From assembly GCA_964016885.1 (NCBI GenBank), contig OZ024743.1, positions 336,474,001 through 336,538,000 of the forward strand: a stretch of DNA of 64,000 bases. The letters run 5' to 3'. The translations under genes were made by a program, and so were the position numbers. This document shows, one piece after another, positions 12,433 through 22,806 of this stretch; positions within the stretch are counted from its first letter, which is position 1, and every line of letters begins with the position of its first letter. Source of the DNA: Eledone cirrhosa. Taxonomy: Eukaryota. The notes beneath the pieces are model-generated. The model had not been told where the DNA came from. It saw only the letters and a program-made list of their open reading frames with translations, and did no database searches.

Positions 12433-13896
12433 GATGGGCGTTGGGTGAAAGCAGGTGGAGGGATGAGAGGGCAGGGGTGTGAAGCGGGGTGGAGTGAACG
12501 AAGTGGTGAGTGCGAAGGATAGGCAGAGACGGGGAAGGGAAAATGAAACAGAAAAACGTAGGGAGTGGGGAGTAAACACAGGAAAATTAAAGACAAAAAA
12601 TCATAAAGGTAAAAACACAGGCGATCGTGAACAAAAAATCATAAAGGTAAAAACACAGGCAACCGTGAACAAAAAATCATAGAAATACAATTGTAAGAAC
12701 ACAGGCAAAGAATCTTATACGGAAAAAAAATGTACGGTAACAAAATCAAACAGAGGTAATGCGTGGAAGGAAAGACCAAGTGTGGGAAGGTGTGTAAAGT
12801 TCGAAGAAAGGTCACGGTATATGTGTGTATATATATATGTATATATGTGGGTATAGGTGTGTATATGTGGATATAGATATGTATGGATATGTGTGTATAT
12901 GATTATGGGCATGTAAATGTGTATTTAGGTTTGCATCTATTTGTGCGTATGTATATTTTTGGTCGGATATCAATATAACTGTACCTCTCTATATATAGTG
13001 TGGATATAAGCACTTTGTAATCTATGAAATTTATGTGTTTTAACTATGCCAACATGTATTTATCTGATTTTGATTAATTATGCATAAACATAATAGATAG
13101 TATTTTAGAGCGTATCATATGCTGTATTATACTAAGTGCAATTTACCACACCGTACTATATTGTGTTGGTTAAGTTGTATATTATCGCATTACTGTATTT
13201 CATTATCTTATTATAAATTTCCTCTTTTAATATACTATCTTTCCTAGCCATAATCTTAATTTATATTCACCTAAAAACTCAATACAACACTAATCACCAT
13301 TTATTTTGACATTCTTTTAAACTTCACTATACCAGATACATTCAACTATCAGTTTGACAATCCCTTTCCTCCTAATAGATTTTATGCCAATTCTACTATT
13401 AACACCATTCAACCATTCCTATCAAAGGGTCATGACCTTAACTAAAATGTATTACTTTTCATCTTAATACCATATGAAAAAAACAATGTGATTCGTTAGT
13501 TCTTCAACAACCTCCAAATAAGGACATGATACTAACATACTACTAATTCTGAATAAAATTATTATTGAATAAAATTATTATTGCTTTTGAAAACAGCTGG
13601 TGATATGCATGTAATTAAATATTCGCTTTATCTGATATTTTGTAACTAACCTTACATAGATCAATAACGGAGTATAGCTACAATGTATTATCATCATCTA
13701 GAAGCGATCGTAAAGCAGTGAAGTATATCTCTAATGACTTGATTTTTTATTTCATTGTTTTAACTTATATCATGACTCTGTTTTCCTTTTGATGTTTCAT
13801 TGTTTCTCGAGATTCATCTTAACCTACAACATTTTCACCATATGGATTACATCGAGTTCTTCATGCAGAATAGACCCCAAAACTTACTGTGGATAC

Positions 13897-13954
<58 letters not shown>

Positions 13955-13957
<3 letters not shown>

Positions 13958-14110
13958 TATCCCGGGTTGAATCGGGGGTAACCACAGTAAGTAAGGTACT
14001 CAATACATAGCAGAGTATAAATATTTAATATAGAAATAGCTTCTAAAGGCCTTTCCTGGTGATTTCCTCCGAATGGAACAGTTATAGCGCTGTAGAAGCC
14101 ATTTCTATAT

Positions 14111-14115
<5 letters not shown>
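13955..14115. mobile_element. Short inverted fragment of the HHR-bearing 19233 family
   Basis: Reverse complement of the 19293-19381 tail followed by a degenerate HHR (CTGGTGA..GGAAC..GTA). Confidence 0.7.
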
Positions 14116-14175
<60 letters not shown>

Positions 14176-14179
14176 TTGT

Positions 14180-14217
<38 letters not shown>

Positions 14218-14392
14218 CAATGATATTAAATAAATGGAAACTATATTTATAAAACCATATTTATTCTATTATATATTTTTCAAGGGTACCGAAACTTTGG
14301 TACGCTCTCATCAGTTAAAATACAAAGTTTGTTTTATAAATATTGACATAACCAGAAAAAAATACCTTAACGGTTCAAGTTTTTCCTGGATA

Positions 14393-14394
<2 letters not shown>
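14218..14394 (-). mobile_element. 3' fragment of the YRDD-type PLE family 27719 with an HHR-like motif (14242-14323)
   Basis: Homologous to 27719-27895; CTGATGA gagcgtacc..ggtaccctt GAAA. Confidence 0.7.
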
Positions 14395-14432
<38 letters not shown>

Positions 14433-14927
14433 ATACGAACTACAACACAAAAACACCTAAATGAAAATCACATATCCAACTCTATCACGTGCTTTGCATT
14501 ACACCTTACATAACAAATACCTGCATTATCACCACATGCCTCTCTAACAAATTGCACACTATCTTAAACATTTATAACAATTATAACATGCTTTAACACC
14601 CCCACACAAAATATGTTTATTTCAACTGCATTATAGCTCTTTCCTCATACATGCCTTATTGACTGTATTGACTCCTGCATTGTATACCAATTTTCCTTGC
14701 TTATAACTCTTTTGCATGTGTTTTTTTTTGCTTGTGATTTTTTTGGTTGTGCTTTTTACTTATACCTTTTACACTTTCAACCACTGCTGCCTGTAATTGT
14801 GTTCTTTCAAGCACAACATATTTTTAATTCCTGACTCTCCACATGATGCCTATGACACTAACAACAATTATGTACCCTAAATGTTCTAAATAACTAGGAT
14901 TTTAGTAACATGTTTCGACATTCCTTA

Positions 14928-14974
14928 TGCTCCGATGATTCCAGATTTCCCTCTGGAAGAAACAATTGTCAGCA
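14928..14974 (+). ncRNA. Hammerhead ribozyme with a U4C core change, at the 3' end of a PLE-like UTR (about 14425-15015)
   Basis: tgct CCGATGA ttccaga-tttccc-tctggaa GAAAC aatt GTC agca followed by AATAAA. Confidence 0.75.
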
Positions 14975-15034
14975 AATAAATGTTCTAAACTAAAATTTGA
15001 TCGTTTTAACACTTTGTATATATATATATATATA

Positions 15035-15749
15035 CAATACATAAACAGAGAAAGCCTGAAGCAATACTCCGACCAACCCCATCTCACTCAATAAACATTA
15101 GGATATACCTATGTATTATCCCACTTTAGTGTTTGGCGTGCTAACTAATCATTATTTCGTGGATAGCTGGTTGTATTATTTTATATGAGACATTATTAAA
15201 TAAATATCTCTTTCCTTCCAGACGGCCGTTTCGTTATAAGATTTCTACAATTTGGGATAAATAATTTCCAGGTTATATAGAAACTTGTATATAATCCATA
15301 GTTTTATACACAAGCGGGCTCTTATAAACTCATCAGTGGATGCCCAAATAATATCGATATAAGAATTATATCGACATTAATAGAATGGTGATGGTCTCCC
15401 TCACCGCTAAGAAGAGACTGGTAGATTAGAAAATCCAGCAGTCCTCCCAAAGATAAAATACACGCTGTCTCCAAAAGGGTAAAGGGAGGTCATCTTAAAG
15501 TAAAACAATATATACGCTGGTCATTTAAACCTGTTAGGTATTAACCACGTGTATAAGAACTCAATTGGATATTAAAAGAATAACCACATGTATACACAAC
15601 CAATGCACACACAGAGATATTAAAACATAATAAATACATGTATGGATCACCCATATACACACATAGCCATTCTCTAAGGCTAAATCAGACATGGGATACA
15701 AGGAAGTTCAATCAGTATTTCATATAAAAAATAATAATTATAAAGAGAG

Positions 15750-15752
<3 letters not shown>
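15035..15752 (-). mobile_element. ORF-less about 720-nt HHR unit bounded by (TA)n; HHR at 15217-15340
   Basis: tcca CTGATGA gtttataag...cttataac GAAAC ggcc GTC tgga; homologues at 16500-16870 and 55430-56092. Confidence 0.75.
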
Positions 15753-15806
<54 letters not shown>

Positions 15807-15810
<4 letters not shown>

Positions 15811-16230
15811 ATTAAATAAATGGAAACTATATTTATAAAACCATATCTATTTCATTATATATATTTCAGGGATATCATATTAACAATATGTTATGCCTTC
15901 CTCAGACAAAATACAATATAGACAGTTTTATAGATAAATAGATTTGACATACCGATTTGACATACTTTTTCAAATACAAGTCGATGTTGAACGGTATGTC
16001 AAATCTATTTATCTATAAAACTGTCTATATTGTATTTTGTCTGAGGAAGGCATAACATATTGTTAATATGATATCCCTGAAATATATATAATGAAATAGA
16101 TATGGTTTTATAAATATAGTTTCCATTTATTTAATATCGTAAATATACTCCAAATACTTGTTGAGTGCTTTTATATCAGTTATAAATATTTACTAGTTGT
16201 AACCCAACAATTTAAATATAATTTTCCATG
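15807..16230. mobile_element. Fold-back pair of 27719-family 3' ends (about 145-bp inverted arms), each with an HHR-like motif
   Basis: 15807-15954 is the reverse complement of 15992-16138; CTGAGGA aggcataacatat..atatgatatccct GAAA. Confidence 0.75.
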
Positions 16231-16257
16231 TATATATATATATATATATATATATAA

Positions 16258-16352
16258 AGTGTCTTGCTCAAGGACATAACGCATCGCCCGGTCCAGGAAA
16301 CAAACTGACAACCTCAAGATTGTGAATCCAATTCTCTAACCTCTCAGCCACA
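16258..16352 (-). mobile_element. SINE head fragment
   Basis: Minus strand ggcgtgtggctgagaggttagag...gttatgtccttgagcaagacac. Confidence 0.65.
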
Positions 16353-16499
16353 CGCCTTCACTAACTCCTTCTACCTGGAGTTGCCACCGATAGATAATAC
16401 TAGCAACTGGAAAGACCGGCGAAAACATTGTTTCCTCGGTCCGATTTGACGGAAGTCGATCGACGATCGATCCTTTATATATATATATATATATATAAA

Positions 16500-16866
16500 G
16501 GATCGATGTTGATTTGGTTATCAATATTAATGTTATTGGGCACCCACTGAAGATTTATAAGAGCCCACTTGTATACGTATCTGTTGATCTTATACCACTT
16601 GTATAAATATCTGTTGATCTTATACAAGCTTCTACATAACTTGGTATAATTTCACCAAACTTGTAAAAATCTTATAATGAAACGAGTCGTTTGGGAAATG
16701 ATATATTTGATATATCTCATATGAAATAATACAGCCAATTATCCACACAATACAATATAGTTAGCACCCCAAACGTTTAATTGGGAATATACTCAGGTAT
16801 TTCCTAATGTTTGTTGAGTGAGTTGGAATTTGGCCGGAGTATCGCTTTTAGCTTTCTCCGATTATG

Positions 16867-16870
<4 letters not shown>
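16500..16870 (+). mobile_element. Partial copy of the 15035 family; HHR at 16543-16695
   Basis: ccca CTGAAGA tttataag...cttataat GAAAC gagtc GTT tggg. Confidence 0.75.
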
Positions 16871-16940
<70 letters not shown>

Positions 16941-17003
16941 AAGTAATTCCGTCGGAAAAGTCCAGGAAAAAAGAGTGCTCTATGTAGGTAGCAGAGCTTA
17001 ATA

Positions 17004-17154
17004 GACAATTATTTCATTTACCAGTCGTTTCTTAAAAGCAAACAAATTTTGCTTTCAATCATCAGAAAGAAAAAATCCTGGATTTTTTCATTCTGATGAT
17101 TGAAAGTAAAATTTTTTTGCTTTTAAGAAACCACTGGTAAATGAAATAATTGCC
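17004..17154. ncRNA. About 150-bp palindrome made of two opposed hammerhead ribozymes
   Basis: Plus copy 17086-17147: tttcatt CTGATGA ttgaaagta..tgcttttaa GAAA cca c tgG TA aatgaaa; mirror copy on minus; centre near 17079. Confidence 0.8.
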
Positions 17155-17171
17155 TTATGTTGTTTATTACA

Positions 17172-17228
<57 letters not shown>

Positions 17229-17240
17229 GTGTTTGTGTGC

Positions 17241-17288
<48 letters not shown>

Positions 17289-17694
17289 ATATGCACCTCT
17301 CTCTCAGTTCGACAAAATAAAATATCTTTCAAGAACTGGGATTAGTATAATCGACTTCTCCCTTTCCCCTATTCAGCTTAAATTAGAATCATTTTGCTAC
17401 TTGTTCTTCCTTATCTGATTCTCCAACTGCCGTCCCCCGTGGAAACGCCTTCTCCATCCTGTCCGCCGGGGCTGTGGGGGGCTCCATCGCGTATCATTCC
17501 ATACTTAAGTATGTGCACTATCATATATTTTGGTTTCAAGAAACCTTATGGGAATGTTTCGTGTTGCACTTATCTTTTCATTTCAGACTCCATCCTTCAT
17601 AACTTCCTGTTATGTATAGTTAACGTGGCTACTGTTACTACTACTACTACTACTAATAATAATAATAATAATACTAATACTACTACTACTAATA

Positions 17695-18230
17695 ATAATA
17701 ATAATGTTTTCTTTATTAACCACAAGGGTTCACATAAAGTAGACATTAAGGACAGTACAGGACAATACAGGACGGTACAAATGGGCATTTCTGCGTGTAA
17801 AAAAAACAGAGGTTGAAATAAAATAACAAAGAAAAATTCCCCAATAGGGGGGAGACTTCCAAGGGACATTTGTGGAGAAAGCCCATTAAAAGACCACAGT
17901 GGCCCTGACCACCAGGGCAAGTGCCCTCTCCCAGTTTTCCACCTTTAATTTACAGACACATACTCAGAGAAGGCCCATTCATTCGGGCCATACTTGCTTC
18001 TCTCACCCATCTTTCAACAAAATGCTGGGAAGAGAGCACTTCCCTCTCTACCCTGATTTTCCTTTTCAAATGAAATTTGAAAAAGTTAATCAGGGCATCA
18101 CCGAAGAGGTAAGTGCTCGTCTTCAGCCCTTTCAAACGTGTCCACCATACTATCTCTTTCGCCATGGCCACCAGACAGATAAAAACTGCCTGCCCTTCCA
18201 GGCTAAAGGAAGGGGGCGGGGCAATCCTCA
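17695..18230 (-). mobile_element. 3' end of a non-LTR LINE (Tx1/L1-like) inside a (TAC/AAT)n tract
   Basis: AKEIVWWTRLKG..FFKFHLKRKIRVER..FVERW C-terminal pattern, AATAAA and (TTA)n tail. Confidence 0.65.
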
Positions 18231-18347
18231 CTAATAATAATAATAATAATACTAATACTACTACTACTACTTCTACTACTACTACTACTACTGTTACTAC
18301 TACTACTACTAATAATAATAATACTAATACTACTACTACTACTACTG

Positions 18348-18404
<57 letters not shown>

Positions 18405-18458
18405 TTACTACTACTAGTGTTACTATTACTGTTACTATTGCTAGTGCTGTTACTACTG
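18231..18458. repeat. (TAC/TAA)n trinucleotide microsatellite
   Basis: Direct reading. Confidence 0.95.
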
Positions 18459-18538
18459 ACACTTAGCTTGTTGCTAACAATTCACATTATTAGTTGTTTG
18501 TCATTGCTAATATTTATTGCCCTATCCATACTAATATG

Positions 18539-18575
<37 letters not shown>

Positions 18576-18629
18576 CTCTGTCTCTCCTTCCTTTTCTGTT
18601 TCCAGCTCTCGTTTCCTCACGCAACATAA

Positions 18630-18638
18630 TCTCTACAT

Positions 18639-18697
<59 letters not shown>

Positions 18698-19200
18698 TGT
18701 AGTTCCTGTCTGTTTGTTTATTTGTTTATTATTTACGAACTACTCCTATAATTTTGGAGATAGACCGCCATAACCATATATATTCTGAAACTACATTGCC
18801 CAGGGTACCTGGATAAGTATATTTCATTTTAATCAAAGGGTTCCCCGGGAGCCCAAACCCCCTGCTGCAAACCCCGCTGAAAATGTTTTCCCTTCGATTT
18901 ATATGAAATTTAAATCACAGGTAAATGACAAGATATGACGCCTATTCACAAAAGTTTTGAATTGATATTTTGAAAAAAATTATTTACAAGAAACAAAATA
19001 AGAATAAGATTTAATAATGTAATTTTGATTTGATATATTACAAAAAATAATGTTTTCCAATTTTTCATGCATTAAATTTTACATTGAGTAATATTGAAAT
19101 GCAGAGTTTTTCTCCATAAATTATATCACTGATTTAAAATCAATCATCATTTACTTACAAAGAAATGTGAATCGCAGCAAGGCGCGGGTAATTCGGCTAG
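18630..19200 (+). mobile_element. Non-autonomous Helitron-like element
   Basis: 5' TC after A; 3' GC-rich hairpin (cgcagcaaggcgcgg) then CTAG followed by T; architecture like 45485-46439. Confidence 0.65.
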
Positions 19201-19201
19201 T

Positions 19202-19232
<31 letters not shown>

Positions 19233-19235
<3 letters not shown>

Positions 19236-19380
19236 TTAATATAGATGAGATTCCTGATGATTTCTAATGAATGAAACAGTTCTAGTCCTGTAGAACCTCA
19301 TCTATATTAAAACTTTTATACTCTGCTATGTATTGAGTACCTTACTTACTGTGGTTACCTCCGATTCAACCCGGAATAAC

Positions 19381-19381
<1 letters not shown>
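19233..19381 (+). mobile_element. About 150-nt HHR-bearing insert in (TA)n
   Basis: gagattc CTGATGA tttc-taat-gaat GAAAC ag..ctGTA gaacctc; stem I extends 21 bp; homologues at 13955 and 34746. Confidence 0.8.
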
Positions 19382-19478
<97 letters not shown>

Positions 19479-19638
19479 GTCCCAAGGGTCTGATACCATC
19501 AACACTATACACACAGAGCTGGCATATCTAAGAACTGACTAACTGCCTGATCTGGTCATAGCCATTCAATGGCTATCATCGAAATATATATGGCAGAAAA
19601 TAAAGGATTATGAGTTCATACAATTGACTTATGTTTCG

Positions 19639-19685
<47 letters not shown>

Positions 19686-19686
<1 letters not shown>

Positions 19687-20210
19687 AATGGAAAAGAATG
19701 AAATGAAATTTCGTTTCTTACTCTTAGTACGGCTGATACTTAAATGTAAGTGTGTATACGTACATACATATATGTATACAGATGTAAAGTAGTATGTATA
19801 TATATACATACATGCACACATATATATATGTCCGTATGGGTTTACCGAATATTTATTATAATGTTCGGTTTGTTTGTAAACAAACAGCCCGAATTAAGCC
19901 GTACAGTGTTCGGCAACCATCGTCGCCCTTTTGTTCAACACTGACAAAGGAACGATGAACTAGTTTCAAGCTTATTAGCTATCGTCAGCATGGTATACCT
20001 TCCTGTCAGATGATTAAACGTTTGAAAGTATATACTTTCCTTATGCATATTAACGGCTGAGCAGCCTAATTTGCATATAGAGTGAGTTAGTCGGCCGGGC
20101 GTACCGATAACGATAAATGGAAAAGAATGAAATGAAATTTCATTTCTCACTCTTAGTACGGCTGATACTTAAATGTAAGTATGTATACGTACATATATAT
20201 ATGTATATAC
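19686..20210 (-). mobile_element. ORF-less 429-nt-period HHR unit (about 1.2 copies); HHR at 19952-19994
   Basis: Direct repeat 19686/20115; accatg CTGACGA t agct-aata-agct t GAAAC ta GTT catcgt. Confidence 0.75.
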
Positions 20211-20739
20211 GGCCCCTTGATTGTAGAGCTAATTCAGTTGAATGGACTCGGCTGCTATTTCTAGCTGTCGATAATCCTATTCACGCCATTGGGATGGCGC
20301 GGTGCGATGTCTGTATTTTTTATAAAATGCAACACGTGGTTCGAGTCATTCACAGATTTGCATTTGCTGTGTAAACGCAGGTGGTTGGATCTTCTCCTTT
20401 GGTGACCATACGGGATTTGACCGCTGTGATTTACTGGTTAATTGGTGAAATATATTTTTTATTTAAAGAAATATATACAAAGGAGATTAATCATGTTAAA
20501 AGGTATCTAAATTTGAAGTTCTAGTTAAACTTTAATTAGTTACCTACCTAGCTATGTGTGCTTACACACTTTACACATTATTCCCTCAGATTGATTCATG
20601 TGTTTATTTTATATATATATGTGTCAATCTATTTCTAGTTGATATGAAATGCTCGGATCTATTCATTGGAATCTTTGAGCTTATTCTGCAGTAAATATGA
20701 TGCATGTCTCTCAGACATGACAACCTTAATTTAATTTTG
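20211..20739 (+). mobile_element. One complete about 530-nt monomer of the 52130 family (permuted); degenerate HHR at 20393-20486
   Basis: Blocks homologous to the reverse complement of 52130-52790; stem I tctcctttg/caaaggaga, GAAA and stem III retained. Confidence 0.7.
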
Positions 20740-20749
20740 TATATATATA

Positions 20750-22566
20750 GTTTTGCGAGGTTTTTGATATAAAATCGTGTGTCGAAACAAATATTGTTAT
20801 ACTTGGGGAGGGTCATATTTGTGTAATAATATTGCCAGAATTAATAACAGAACACACTGTTTGGTTGGTTTTCGCTTCTGTGTCTTTTATATCGGTTAAT
20901 TTAATTTATTCGGTCCTCAATGTTACCAGTGACTGACCAACGGTCAAAAATACAGATACAATGTAGACACAAACACATATATAGTCTAACAAAGTTCTTT
21001 CGTTGCACATCTGCAACATCGTCAGTGGTGCTATTATGTTTCCTCCCGTTGCATTGTATGCTTACGCCATCTTTATTTAGTCTGTTTATTTATTTATTTA
21101 TTTATTTAATTTTTGTCTTCTCTGCGCATGCGTTTGCGTGTGTGTATAGTGTTTTGTTTGATGTGTTCTTGTTTGGGTGACTGTATAAAAACTCAGCAAT
21201 GTCCAGTAGTGCTAAGTTTAATATTCTGATCGCAGACTTGGTACGAGTGATGAAGAACGTGTCCCGCATGTGCGACCCAACAGAAATGGAAAGACACATC
21301 CAACACTTCATCAACTGCATGCAGTTCTCTGGCTACAACCAAAGAGACACAATCAGAGTATATGAAGGAGCCACAGAAAAGTATAAGACCCTCATAGAAC
21401 TGGACATGAAATGAATTTGCCCATTATACAGGAGCAAATCATGGAATAGCTTAGATAGGACTAGACATAAGATAGGGAAAGCCACCTCATGGTACGACAA
21501 CCAGAGATACCAGAGTCTCATGTTTGTAGACGCTACCCCTGGAGGGAAATTAGCTAACCAGTGTAGAAAGGCCCTGAGAAGGACCCACTTAAAGAAAAAG
21601 GTGGTAGAAAAGCCAGAAACCACCATAAAATCCCTGATCAGCAAAACCTACCCTTTTAAGAAAACCCACTGTACTAATAGGAAATGTATCATATGTAAAG
21701 TAAACCCCCTGATAAACTGTAAAACTAGAAACGTTATCTATAGCATAAGATGTACAGAGGGTACTTGCAGAAACATGACAACAACATACATAGGCGAGAC
21801 AGCTCGTAGCATAGGTGAAAGGATAGACCAACACTGGGGGAACTAAAAGGACGAAAAAACGGTTCAGTACTATACGAACATGCCAGACAACAACACGACG
21901 GTAACATAGACAACATAGAAATTAGAATAATATCTAAACAGAGAAATAACCCAGCAGATAGGCAAATCAGAGAGGCCAGCGAAATAGAACTTAGAAGGCC
22001 AAGGCTAAACTGAAAAAATGAATGGAATAACAACAACACCCAAACAAACAACACTGACCTTAGAGAAGTATAAGTAAATGAATAAATAAATAAATAAATA
22101 AAAACATACACCAGCACAATAACAACAAACACATATAAACACACACTAGTAAACTAAGATAGAATACAATAACCAATACACAGTCACCCAAACACGAACA
22201 CATATCAAACAAAACACTATAGACACACGCAAACGCATGCGCAGAGAAGACAAAAAAATAAACAAATAAATAAACAGACTAGATAAAGATGGCGTAAGCA
22301 TACAATACAACGGGAGGAAATATAATAGCACCACTGACGATGTGGCAGATGTGCAACGAAAGAACTTTGTTAGAGTATATATATGTGTTTGTGTCTATGT
22401 TGTATTTGTATTTTTGACCGTTGGTCAGTCACTGGTAACATTGAGGACCGAATAAATTAAATTAACCGATATAAAAGACACAGAAGCGAAAACCAACCAA
22501 ACAGTGAGTGTGTTCTGTTATTAATTCTGGCAATATTATTACACAAATATGACCCTCCCCAAGTAT

Positions 22567-22572
<6 letters not shown>
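20750..22572 (+). mobile_element. 5'-truncated PLE family B2 (RT thumb + GIY-YIG) with inverted pLTR at 20750-21185
   Basis: MFVDATPGG, CTNRKCIIC, VIYSIRC..YIGETARSIGERIDQH; HHRs at 20990-21027 (minus) and 22332-22369 (plus). Confidence 0.9.
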
Positions 22573-22633
<61 letters not shown>

Positions 22634-22806
22634 CATATATGTATATATATATGTGTGTATGTATGTATATATGTATATGTATATGGGTGAAAGCAGCGAT
22701 TCTTTGCTTAAACTTTAATCTGTTATTTTAATAAATATATATATACGTACACACACATATAGATATACATAAATTTATATATATATTTATATATATATAT
22801 ATATAT

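Larger units (their letters stand above)
8049..12815 (-). mobile_element. Near full-length PLE family A (Neptune-like), frameshifted
   Basis: RT and GIY-YIG pseudo-ORF, long C/A-rich 3' UTR, HHR near the 3' end, flanked by (TA)n. Confidence 0.92.
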
